Positions 11,027 to 20,404 of a DNA stretch of 64,000 nucleotides are shown in pieces; position 1 is the stretch's first letter, and every line of letters starts with the position of its first letter. Below the pieces are notes generated by a model. It did no database searches. It was not told the origin of the DNA and was given only the letters and a program-made list of their open reading frames with translations. Source of the DNA: an uncultured Desulfobacter sp. Its GTDB lineage: Bacteria > Desulfobacterota > Desulfobacteria > Desulfobacterales > Desulfobacteraceae. Location: the NCBI GenBank assembly GCA_963665095.1, contig OY762069.1:4960001-5024000 (forward strand). The letters run 5' to 3'. The translations under genes and the position numbers were made by a program.

Positions 11027-11905
11027 ATGACACCAGAGGAGATTGACCAGGGACTAAGGCTTCAGGGTTACATTGCCACGCCTCTGATTTCCAGAATATT
11101 ACAATATGCAGACCTTCTGAATAAACCCCTTCTGGTGGAAGGGCCTGCCGGTGCGGGCAAGACCGGCCTTGCAAAGGCATGGAGCCGTTTTCTTGACCGG
11201 GAGCTGATCCGGCTCCAGTGTTACGAGGGCATTGATGAAAGCAAGGCCCTTTATGAGTGGGATTACCGCAAGCAGCTGCTCTACATCCAGGCCATGGAAA
11301 AAGGGGAAAAAAGCTGGGAGAACGCCAATGCCGGCATCTATACCCGAGAGTTCCTTTTACCCCGGCCCCTGCTTGCAGCAGTTTCCTGTTCAACGCCCCC
11401 GGTGCTGCTCATAGACGAGGTGGATAAAAGCGACGAGGAGTTTGAAAGTTTTCTTCTTGAAGTTCTGTCCGACTGGCAGATTTCCATTCCCGAGACAGGC
11501 ACTGTCAAAGCGAAAAATATCCCTTCTGTGATCCTGACAAGCAACAATACCCGGAACTTAAGTGATGCCCTGCGGCGGCGCTGCCTTTATCTATTTCTGG
11601 ATTACCCGGATGCGGCCCGGGAGATAGAGATCCTTAAATCATATTTCCCCTCCCTGAACCAGGACTTAGGCGAACAGGCCGTCTCTTTTGTCCGCAGGCT
11701 GCGCCGTGAAAAGCTGAAAAAGCATCCCAGCATCAGCGAAGTGATTGACTGGACAAGGGTGCTGGATCAGCTCTCCATCCGGGCGCTGACCCCGGAAACT
11801 GCCGCAGATACCATCAACATCCTTTTGAAACACAATGAGGATGTAACCCTGATTCTTTCCCGGATTATGGACCCCGCATGGTTTAATGGCCTGGCTCATC
11901 GTTAA
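11027..11905 (+). CDS. MoxR/CoxD-type AAA+ ATPase
   Basis: Walker A GPAGAGKT, RLQCYEG, ALYEWDY, Walker B LLIDEVDK, LSDALRRRC. Confidence 0.95.
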   Translation: MTPEEIDQGLRLQGYIATPLISRILQYADLLNKPLLVEGPAGAGKTGLAKAWSRFLDRELIRLQCYEGIDESKALYEWDYRKQLLYIQAMEKGEKSWENANAGIYTREFLLPRPLLAAVSCSTPPVLLIDEVDKSDEEFESFLLEVLSDWQISIPETGTVKAKNIPSVILTSNNTRNLSDALRRRCLYLFLDYPDAAREIEILKSYFPSLNQDLGEQAVSFVRRLRREKLKKHPSISEVIDWTRVLDQLSIRALTPETAADTINILLKHNEDVTLILSRIMDPAWFNGLAHR

Positions 11906-13244
11906 AATCGCAAGGCTGCTCAGGGCCGCAGGCGTTCCCGTCAGCTGTGCAGAGGTGGCCGACTGTTTGGCCGTGCTTGAAGCCCATGGCAGCACAGCTC
12001 CGGATAAATATCTGTTTTATGACCTGGTCAATGCCACGATGGTCAAGGCTGCCTGGGGGAAAGAGTTTGTCATGTGGTTGGTGGAGCTTTACTTTGGACC
12101 GGATTTTGAGACCGCTATGAACCACCAGCGCTTTGCGGGAGTCCTGTCTTCCCCCGGGGATGACAGGTCCGGGGGCGGCAGGGACGTCTCCATGAGAAAG
12201 GAGATCATCCAGGCGGCCATGACCGGCAACCTGGGGACGGTTCATCTTTTATTCAGGCAGATGGGGCTGGTGTTGGATCCGCTTATCGAAGACCGGGAGC
12301 AGGCCCTGGAAAGTTTTCAGGATCGCTGCGGCTGGCTGGATGCTGCCAACCTCATCGCCCAGGCCGGCAACGACGCGTCTGTTGACTCAAATATCCTTGG
12401 CCCAGCTCAGCAGACCCTGGAGAAATGGCTGAGCCTCATTGAAACAGAGGTAGATTTCCAGCTGGAAAAGAACATGAGTCTGCCGTTTCTGGTGGATGCC
12501 ATGAAGGCCCGAAACCCAGAGGTCGCCTCCTTTGTGTCGTGCCGGGACGAGCATATGGCCCTTGTCTCAAGGGAGGTGAAAAAGCTTGGGAAACGACTGG
12601 CGGTTCATAAAGGGTTCCGTCTGAAACCCGGCCGCAAAGGCAAGGTAAACCTTGCCAGAACCGTACGCCTGGCCATGAAAAAAAATCAAGTGCCCATGGA
12701 TCTGGTCAAAATGGTGTCCAAACCATCAAAGCCCAGGCTGTGGCTGATATGCGATGTATCCAATTCTGTGAGAAAATTTATCTATTTCATGATGCTGCTG
12801 GCCTACACCACACAGAATACCTACTCCCGGATCCGTTCATTTCTGTTTGTGGACAACCTGATGGAGGCCACGGACTATTTTAAAGGCAGTGCCTGGCAGG
12901 ATTCCCTGTTGAGCCTGAAATATATGAAAGGGATCAATGTGACAGGATTTTCAGATTACGGCAAGGTGCTGCGCCAGTTCAAAACAGGCTTTCTTGACCA
13001 GCTGACGCCGAAGACAACCGTTATCGTACTCGGGGATGCCAGGAATAACGGCCACAGGGACGACGGTTGTGATGTCCTGCCCCTGATTCGGGAACGGGCC
13101 GCAGCGCTTTACTGGCTCTCTCCCTTTGACCGGCAGGCCTGGACGGACCGCGATTGCCTGATGCATAAATACCAGCCCCATTGTACCGGCATGTATCCCT
13201 GCCCAGATGTTCGTGCATTGTCACGCTTTCTTTCTGATATTTGA
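11886..13244 (+). CDS. VWA/CoxE-like protein
   Basis: MIDAS-type CDVSNS, SDYG, VLGDARNN; overlaps the CoxD-like ATPase. Confidence 0.9.
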   Translation: MAWLIVKIARLLRAAGVPVSCAEVADCLAVLEAHGSTAPDKYLFYDLVNATMVKAAWGKEFVMWLVELYFGPDFETAMNHQRFAGVLSSPGDDRSGGGRDVSMRKEIIQAAMTGNLGTVHLLFRQMGLVLDPLIEDREQALESFQDRCGWLDAANLIAQAGNDASVDSNILGPAQQTLEKWLSLIETEVDFQLEKNMSLPFLVDAMKARNPEVASFVSCRDEHMALVSREVKKLGKRLAVHKGFRLKPGRKGKVNLARTVRLAMKKNQVPMDLVKMVSKPSKPRLWLICDVSNSVRKFIYFMMLLAYTTQNTYSRIRSFLFVDNLMEATDYFKGSAWQDSLLSLKYMKGINVTGFSDYGKVLRQFKTGFLDQLTPKTTVIVLGDARNNGHRDDGCDVLPLIRERAAALYWLSPFDRQAWTDRDCLMHKYQPHCTGMYPCPDVRALSRFLSDI

Positions 13245-13487
13245 ATGTATTCATAAAAAAATCAGTCTTGGGAAAACTCTGTCCTCTTAAGATAGTGAAA
13301 ATCCGGGGTTGTTTTATAGAGATTGGCAATGGCTACGGATTGGTGGAATGGTAATTATCAATTAGACCCCTTTGCCCTGGTTTATTATAGATTTTGGCTA
13401 ATATGCCGGTGGTAACTGTGAATTTCCGGCACCAGGACAGCAACAGCATAAATAAGTATCCTCAAAAAATTGAAAAGGATGGTGGAG

Positions 13488-14762
13488 ATGAAAAAAAGCG
13501 TGAATAGTTTGCGTTTTCTATTGGTTATTTTACTAGTGGGTTTATTTGTCCCGGGGGCGGCCCAGGTGTGGGCAAAGGACAAGGTTGAGCTGACCTTTAC
13601 CAGCTGGCGTACCGATGACACCGAAGCCATGGCCCGGGTTCTGGATGTGTACAATAAAAAACATCCGGATGTGAATGTGACATTCACTCCCATTTTTACA
13701 ACAGAGTACGATGCCCATCTTATGTCATCTCTTCAGACAGGAACCGGGGCAGATATAATTTTTCTGAAATCCTTTGGTCCGGGTAAAGTGGTATATGACG
13801 GCGGATATCTCCACATCCTGAATAAGGATATCCCAGGCCTTGAAAAATTTCCTGAGTCCGCCAAAAAAGCCTGGTCCACTGAGGATGGCAAGATTTACGG
13901 CGTGCCGGCCTTTGGCGTGACACATGGTGTGTACTATTATAAAGATACCTTTAAAAAATACGGCATCAAGGTACCGGAAACCTGGGATGAATTTATCCAG
14001 GCCTGCAAAACCCTTAAAGAGAACAAAGAAACCGTGTTTGCCCAGGGCGCCATGGACGAATGGACCTTGTACGAGGTGGTTTACAGCGGGCTTGGCGCCA
14101 ATTTCTACGGCGGTGAGAAAAACCGGAAGGCTTTGATTGAAGGCAAGATGAAGCTGACAGATGAACCTTTCGTAAACGCCTTCAAGCGCATTGATGAGCT
14201 CCAGCCTTTTCTGCCCCGGGGCTACCAGGGGATTGACTATGTCAGCATGCAGCAGATGTTTGTCTCCGGTCGTGCCGCCATGTTCATCGGCGGATCCTGG
14301 GCCATCGGCATGATCCGGGATATGTGCAAAAGAGAGGTGGGATGGTTTCCGCCACCGGTGGAGAAAAAAGGCGATACGCTTTCCTACTGCTTTCATGTGG
14401 ATGCCGGCATTGGCGTGAACAAGGATTCAAAACATCTTGACCAGGCCCTGGAATTTGTAAAATGGACCGCCACACCGGAATACGCCCAGCTGATCATGAC
14501 CGAAGTGCCGGGCTTCTACGCCTATACACCCGGTAATTTTGAGCTCAAGGATGAACTGGCCAAAAAGATGATTGATACGGCCCAGGATGCCAATCTGACC
14601 ATTCGGACCACCTGGGAAAAACTCTCTGACCAGGCGCCTTCCGGCAACATGCTGATGAATGAGGCCCTGATCAAGATGCTTACAGACCAGCTCACCCCAG
14701 AACAGGCCGCCGCCTTTGTTCAAAAGGGGTTGGCCTCCTGGTATAAACCATTCCAGGAATAG
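13488..14762 (+). CDS. Carbohydrate (CUT1) ABC transporter substrate-binding protein
   Basis: Signal peptide, DGKIYGVP, VPETWDEF, GRAAMFIGGSW. Confidence 0.92.
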   Translation: MKKSVNSLRFLLVILLVGLFVPGAAQVWAKDKVELTFTSWRTDDTEAMARVLDVYNKKHPDVNVTFTPIFTTEYDAHLMSSLQTGTGADIIFLKSFGPGKVVYDGGYLHILNKDIPGLEKFPESAKKAWSTEDGKIYGVPAFGVTHGVYYYKDTFKKYGIKVPETWDEFIQACKTLKENKETVFAQGAMDEWTLYEVVYSGLGANFYGGEKNRKALIEGKMKLTDEPFVNAFKRIDELQPFLPRGYQGIDYVSMQQMFVSGRAAMFIGGSWAIGMIRDMCKREVGWFPPPVEKKGDTLSYCFHVDAGIGVNKDSKHLDQALEFVKWTATPEYAQLIMTEVPGFYAYTPGNFELKDELAKKMIDTAQDANLTIRTTWEKLSDQAPSGNMLMNEALIKMLTDQLTPEQAAAFVQKGLASWYKPFQE

Positions 14763-14765
14763 TTG

Positions 14766-14904
14766 ATGTTTGGGCGGAAAGTCACCCACCTGCGGCGTTG
14801 CTGCACAAAGCTGCCAAATCATATGATCGGACCACGTACTTAAGTCCGCTTGCTGTTTAAGCTTTGCCTGCGCCTTGCATCCGGTCAACTTTCCGCCCAA
14901 ACAT
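14766..14904. repeat. Palindromic intergenic element (MITE/REP-like) with perfect 17-bp terminal inverted repeats
   Basis: ATGTTTGGGCGGAAAGT (14766-14782) and ACTTTCCGCCCAAACAT (14888-14904), with partial internal pairing. Confidence 0.75.
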
Positions 14905-14986
14905 GGGGTTTTCGTTTAGATAAAAATTAGAAAACACCCGGGGCTCTGATTTGTTTGCAGGCCCAGTATCTGGATGCCATTAGACC

Positions 14987-15895
14987 ATGGAAAAAAAATC
15001 CGTCATATTTTATTTTCTTCTGCCGGCCCTGCTGATCTATACGGTTTTTTTCAGTCTGCCCATTCTGGATTCCATGCGGCTCAGTTTTTTTGACGCCAAT
15101 GGTCTTATTGTCAAAGAGTTTGTGGGGTTGGCCAATTACGAGAAACTGTTCACGGCATTTCCCTATAAAGAACGCCTGCTCAACGCCTTTTTCAATAACA
15201 TAGAGTTTTTCGTCATTGTCACCTGCATCCAGAACCTGGTGGGGTTTATTGTGGCCTACATGATCACACGCCCCATGCGGGGTGCCCCTGCCTTGAGGAA
15301 ATTAAGTTTTCTGCCCACCACTCTTTCCGTAATTGTCGTGGGATTTTTGTTCAGCAAAATGGTGTTTAACCCGGTGTTCGGCATTCTTGATAAAATTCTG
15401 GAGGTCCTGGGTCTGGATTTTCTTATCCGCTCCTGGCTCGGGGATCCCGCCACTGCCCTTCCGGTACTGGCCGTGGTGACCAGCTGGCAGTTCATGGGGG
15501 AGACCATCCTTTTCTACACCGCCGGCCTTGATAACATTCCAAGGGAGATCATTGAAGCGGCCAGAATTGACGGGGCCGGACATTTGCAGATGATCCGGCA
15601 TATTATCATCCCCTATATCATGCCGGTGATCGGCATTGCCACCATCCTGATTTTTGTGGGGGATTTCACCCAGTTTGATATTGTTTACACCATGGCCACC
15701 ACCCAGGGTAATCCAGCCTATTCAACGGATCTGTTCGGATCCCTGTTTTACCGGGCCACCTTTTCCCTGCCTGCCATGGGGGGTTGGGGCATGGGCATGG
15801 GTGCGGCCGTTTCCACAGTGATGTCCTTTGTGGTCTTCATCGGACTTGCCGGCTGGGTGATCTTTTTTCGGAAAAAGATAAGTTTTGAGTATTAA
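14987..15895 (+). CDS. Sugar ABC transporter permease
   Basis: FVGLANY, EAA loop EAARIDGA. Confidence 0.95.
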   Translation: MEKKSVIFYFLLPALLIYTVFFSLPILDSMRLSFFDANGLIVKEFVGLANYEKLFTAFPYKERLLNAFFNNIEFFVIVTCIQNLVGFIVAYMITRPMRGAPALRKLSFLPTTLSVIVVGFLFSKMVFNPVFGILDKILEVLGLDFLIRSWLGDPATALPVLAVVTSWQFMGETILFYTAGLDNIPREIIEAARIDGAGHLQMIRHIIIPYIMPVIGIATILIFVGDFTQFDIVYTMATTQGNPAYSTDLFGSLFYRATFSLPAMGGWGMGMGAAVSTVMSFVVFIGLAGWVIFFRKKISFEY

Positions 15896-16744
15896 ATGAG
15901 TGCTTTAGTTGGACATCGAAGCTTTAAAGAAACAGCTGCCGGGATGGCCTATTACCTGGTTATGGCCATCTATGTACTGACCATCATTTATCCCATCTAC
16001 CTGATGATCTCAACCTCCCTGAAGCCCACTGCGGAAATATTTCAAAATCCCTATGGACTGCCTGAAACCCTCTATCTTGATAACTACATCAAGCTGCTGC
16101 TCAAGGCCAATTTCGGCACCTACTTTTTAAACAGCATTCTGGTTGTGGCATTCAGCCTGGTTGTGATCACCCTGGTGTCAGCACCGGCCGCCTACGTCTT
16201 TGCCAGGGTTTCCTCCAGAACCTCCCGGTTTGTCTACATCTATTTTCTGGCCGGCCTGGTCATCCCCATACGGCTTGGTACCATCAGCCTTTTAAAGATG
16301 TTTGTGGCCCTGGGGCTCAACGACCACCTGGCTTCCCTGGTCCTGGTCAATGCGGCTGTGGGCATTCCTTTGGGGATATTTATTCTAACGGATTTTATCC
16401 GGATGATCCCAAAGGAATTGTTTGAAGCGGCCCGCCTGGACGGCTGCAGCGACCAGGATCTGTTTGTCAGAATTGTTCTGCCCTTAATCAAGCCGGCCAT
16501 AGCCGCCCTGGTCATTGTCATGTTCATTCCGGTCTGGAATGATTTCTGGTTTCCCCTGATCCTGATCAAGTCCGACGGCATGAAAACCATCCCCCTGGCC
16601 ACAGCCCTTTTATTCGGCCAGTACCGCACCAATTTTGGCCTTGTTTTTGCCGCCCTGACCATGGCATCCCTGCCGATTATTCTCTTTTATCTGGTTTTTT
16701 CAAAGTTTTTCACCAAGGATCTGTTCCGGGGGGTTGTCAAATAA
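15896..16744 (+). CDS. Sugar ABC transporter permease
   Basis: STSLKP, EAARLDGC, WNDFWFPL. Confidence 0.95.
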   Translation: MSALVGHRSFKETAAGMAYYLVMAIYVLTIIYPIYLMISTSLKPTAEIFQNPYGLPETLYLDNYIKLLLKANFGTYFLNSILVVAFSLVVITLVSAPAAYVFARVSSRTSRFVYIYFLAGLVIPIRLGTISLLKMFVALGLNDHLASLVLVNAAVGIPLGIFILTDFIRMIPKELFEAARLDGCSDQDLFVRIVLPLIKPAIAALVIVMFIPVWNDFWFPLILIKSDGMKTIPLATALLFGQYRTNFGLVFAALTMASLPIILFYLVFSKFFTKDLFRGVVK

Positions 16745-17039
16745 CTGCCGGCGTGTGCTAAATTTTTTTATAACGGCCATGGGCCGCCTGGATTGTTGAG
16801 CCTAACCGGCCCACAGCAAAGCATGAAAAAATTAGAGCAGGTTGAAGCGTTTTTCATATAAAAAAAAGAAGCAATATGTTCTGCTTGTATCAGGTGATTA
16901 GTTGTGTTTTACTCTTGGTGTTTTGAATGCTTTTCGCAAAAATACGTTCTTATCTTTTCTATTCTGTTGACCAAACAGAAGCGGTGAGGTACGGACAAAT
17001 TTTTACGTTTTAACCCAAGAGTTAAAAAGGAAAAAACTT

Positions 17040-17549
17040 ATGAAACGGTTATGTACGGTCGCTTTGTTAGTGGTTTGTCTGCTTGGTTTTGGCTGTAATC
17101 AGAAGTCGAGTTCCCCGAACATGGCTGATGATTCGAAAACGCTGATCATGGTTTTGTTTGACCGGGGCATTGATGATACGCTCACTACCAAGCAGGTTCA
17201 GTGGCGCAATGAGGTGGGAACGTACATGGAAGCAGATCTTGTCAACCGGTTGAAGCGGGCAGGATACAGCGCCAGATTGATTCTGGATCAAAGTGAATAC
17301 ACCCCCGCAAAAAACGCCTTTCTCCTGCCTGTTAAAATCGTCAGCTACAATCCCGGCAGCCAGGCCGCACGTTTTCTGGTCGGATTCGGGGCCGGGGCCT
17401 GCGGCCTTGATATACACTATGAGCTGATTGACAGTGTTAATACCACCCTCATCTCCACAGATGACGGTACAGGATCTTCCAGAGGGTGGCGTCCCTGCGT
17501 ACAGAAGCTGAACAAGAATATCATCGCGGCCATCCGCAGGAATTTATGA
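17040..17549 (+). CDS. Lipoprotein, DUF4410-like
   Basis: Lipobox GFGC; NPGSQAARFLVGFGAG motif. Confidence 0.75.
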   Translation: MKRLCTVALLVVCLLGFGCNQKSSSPNMADDSKTLIMVLFDRGIDDTLTTKQVQWRNEVGTYMEADLVNRLKRAGYSARLILDQSEYTPAKNAFLLPVKIVSYNPGSQAARFLVGFGAGACGLDIHYELIDSVNTTLISTDDGTGSSRGWRPCVQKLNKNIIAAIRRNL

Positions 17550-17674
17550 TAAAGGCGGTTATTCTGTTTGAGTCTCAGGACTTCCCTTTCCCCTGAGACC
17601 CGGTCCTTCCGGCTACAGGCAGAAGAGCATATTGTGCCTGTGGCCGGCAGATGTTTTAAATTGTTTTAAGATGG

Positions 17675-18406
17675 CTATTCCCTGATCAGATCAAGGACCG
17701 CTTCAATATCAGCTACAGCTTTCTCCTGGCTGACCTCCTGCCATCCATTCTCCCGGATGCGGGTCAGCTCTTTAAGAAACCGTCCCAGAGCCTGGGTATA
17801 CTTTGCGGAAAGACCCAGCCCGTCCGTCTCCCTGCCTCGAATCTCGCCACTCTCACGGCGCTGGGCCTGGACTTCGTTAAAGGCCTTGTTAATGGATTTC
17901 TCCCCGGACTGCACCTGTTCCTGAATATCAGGGCTGCCGTGCTCCATAACTTTTCTGGCTTTGTCCACCTTCTGGGGGCTGATACCCAGCTCTTTGGCCC
18001 GGATTTCATTATCTTCCTTGCGCGTGGTTTTTTTGTCCTCTTTATTTTTTTTGTGCATGGCATCCAAAAGAGCCAGGCACTTTACAATATCATCATCAGA
18101 CATGTTGCGCCGGTTCCGCTGGACCTGGAAGCTGTACAGCAGGGCGTCATCTTCATCCTCAAAGGATTTATATACCACCGGGACCTGATCCAGGTGCATG
18201 TTTTGGGCGGCTGCAAATCTGGTGTGACCATCCACAAGTACATTTTCTTTTTCCCAGACCACCAGGGGAAATACAGGATCATACCCGTTTGCCTCCATGT
18301 TCTGGCTGATGGCGGCCAGGGTCTCATCCTGGATGGGAAACAGTTTGTCAAAGGGTTGTCGTGTGGTTAAGGTGTCAGGGTTTACAAGAGTTGTGTTTAG
18401 TTCCAT
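17675..18406 (-). CDS. ParB/Sulfiredoxin N-terminal domain protein with HTH-like region
   Basis: LVDGHTRFAAA, QRNRRN, AKELGISPQKV, SINKAF. Confidence 0.85.
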   Translation of the reverse strand: MELNTTLVNPDTLTTRQPFDKLFPIQDETLAAISQNMEANGYDPVFPLVVWEKENVLVDGHTRFAAAQNMHLDQVPVVYKSFEDEDDALLYSFQVQRNRRNMSDDDIVKCLALLDAMHKKNKEDKKTTRKEDNEIRAKELGISPQKVDKARKVMEHGSPDIQEQVQSGEKSINKAFNEVQAQRRESGEIRGRETDGLGLSAKYTQALGRFLKELTRIRENGWQEVSQEKAVADIEAVLDLIRE

Positions 18407-18813
18407 TATTTTTCCTGAATAAAGGTTGAATGCATTCTTGGGTTATGGCTGGGAGACCTGATTTTCCTTAGGTGGTTTGGAACCCCCTCTTTTCAGTAAA
18501 ACGAGAGGTGAATTTTTTGTGGCATTACCGTCTCCGGGGGATTATTGTTACAGGCTGCAAGCCGTTATCTTAGGCAAAACTTTGATGGAATATAATTCGG
18601 TATTTATCGAATTCAAGGGCTCGGAGCTGTTTTGGGTGTGGCGCACCGGGCGGGGCTGAACCGGCTTTTTATGAAAAAAAATCAGCTGAACGGTCATCCT
18701 CTTTTACAAGATGCAACGCCTTCTGCCTAATCCGGTTCCTCCATTGACATTGCCATGAAAAGTGTTCATCAATAGCGTATGATTTTTTTTACATCTGAAA
18801 CAGGACAGGGGTT

Positions 18814-19956
18814 ATGAGCCAGGTGGCGCTTTGTGCATGTCCGGATTACGAACCGGATCATGTGGATGCGGCTGTCATCCGTGCTGTGGATCTGTGCGGA
18901 GGTATACGCAGGTTTGTCAAGCCTGGCCAGCAGGTGCTGCTTAAGCCCAATATGCTCAGTGCCGCGCCTTTGGAACAGCGGGTGACCACAGATCCTGCTG
19001 TGGTGCGGGCCGTGGGAAAACTGGTGCTGGAGGCTGGAGGCCAACTGGTTATCGGCGACAGCCCGGCCATTGACAAGGTTGCCCGCATCGGACGCGTGAA
19101 TGGGATCGGGGCGGTGGCAGCCGAACTTGGGGCGGACCTGATTGAATTTTCCCGGCCCGTTCTGGCCAAAACACCTGACGGTTCCGTATACCGGGCCTTG
19201 GAGCTGGAGGAGACAGCACTTACCGCCGATGTGGTCATCAACCTGCCCAAACTGAAAACCCATTGCATGATGCTGTTGACCATGGGAGTGAAAAATCTGT
19301 TCGGCACGGTGGTGGGACAGCGCAAAAGCCAGTGGCATATGCATGCAGGGGCGGACAGAGGCATGTTTGCCGATCTTTTGCTGGACATTGCCCGCACTGT
19401 TAAACCGGCATTGACCATTCTTGACGGCGTGTGGGCCATGGAAGGACGCGGCCCAAATAACGGCACCCCCCGTCATACCGGATTTCTGGCCGCCGCCTGC
19501 GATCCTCTGGCCATGGATCTGGCCCTGGCGCGTCTGCTTGGGGCGCATCCCGCGGTTTTTCCTTTGTATGGGGCTGCCGTGCAACGGGGCCTGGCCACTG
19601 CAGATGGATCAGATATTGAAATGATCGGCGACGATCCCAAACCTCTTGTCCCGGGCGATTTCCAGCTGCCCGTACTGGAGTCCGCCATGATGCTGCCCGG
19701 ATTTGTTGCAGGGTTCATGCGCCGCCATCTTACCTCCCGGCCGGTGCAGAACCCGGATTTGTGTCTGGGCTGCGGCAAGTGCGAGGCCGTCTGTCCTCCG
19801 AAAAGCCTGACGTTGAAGGAGCGGCATGCCGCCATTGACCATCGCACCTGTATCCGCTGCTATTGCTGCCAGGAGGTCTGCCCGGCAGATGCCATCTCCT
19901 TTAAGACCGGAACCCTGGTGAGGATTATGGACCGGGTACGCACCATCATACCTTGA
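18814..19956 (+). CDS. DUF362 domain protein with C-terminal 2x[4Fe-4S] ferredoxin domain
   Basis: VLLKPN, INLPKLKTH, VKNLFG, MEGRGP; CLGCGKCEAVCP and CIRCYCCQEVCP. Confidence 0.93.
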   Translation: MSQVALCACPDYEPDHVDAAVIRAVDLCGGIRRFVKPGQQVLLKPNMLSAAPLEQRVTTDPAVVRAVGKLVLEAGGQLVIGDSPAIDKVARIGRVNGIGAVAAELGADLIEFSRPVLAKTPDGSVYRALELEETALTADVVINLPKLKTHCMMLLTMGVKNLFGTVVGQRKSQWHMHAGADRGMFADLLLDIARTVKPALTILDGVWAMEGRGPNNGTPRHTGFLAAACDPLAMDLALARLLGAHPAVFPLYGAAVQRGLATADGSDIEMIGDDPKPLVPGDFQLPVLESAMMLPGFVAGFMRRHLTSRPVQNPDLCLGCGKCEAVCPPKSLTLKERHAAIDHRTCIRCYCCQEVCPADAISFKTGTLVRIMDRVRTIIP

Positions 19957-20058
19957 CACGGAACAGCGCTGATTTATTTTTGTTATTAATTTTTTCGGTT
20001 GCAGGATATTGATCCGGTCAACTGATGTCAGTCAAGTTTTTAATCATGGAGCGATGAC

Positions 20059-20397
20059 ATGCAGATTGAAAAGTTTCTTGAGCTCAAAGAGCCGCTTGAA
20101 CTGCAAAAATACGTGAGAAATGTGGCGTCTGATAAAAAGAATTGCAGTTCGTTTTACGGATCTCCCAAAAAACACCCATATGGAAAAGACCGCGTCATTC
20201 TTGTGGCCGATCCGTTTGGAGACCACACCGTATACTATGATTTCAAATTAAAGGACATTGTGTCCATTGAGGAACAGCCCCGTATTACAAATCCGGATGG
20301 GGAGTCCGTCTCCATGGTTCGGCTGTGGGTAAGGAAAAACAGCATCGGGCTTCAGTGTATTCCGTTTATGGTGGGACGGAATACAGAAATAGGTTAA
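20059..20397 (+). CDS. Hypothetical protein
   Basis: Clean ORF with GGAG RBS; FYGSPKKHPY..ILVADPF; no catalytic motif recognised. Confidence 0.75.
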   Translation: MQIEKFLELKEPLELQKYVRNVASDKKNCSSFYGSPKKHPYGKDRVILVADPFGDHTVYYDFKLKDIVSIEEQPRITNPDGESVSMVRLWVRKNSIGLQCIPFMVGRNTEIG

Positions 20398-20404
20398 CCG
20401 GATG

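Noticed and set aside
13488..16744. Sugar ABC operon lacking an ATPase as a defect
   Set aside because: CUT1 systems commonly share an ATPase encoded elsewhere
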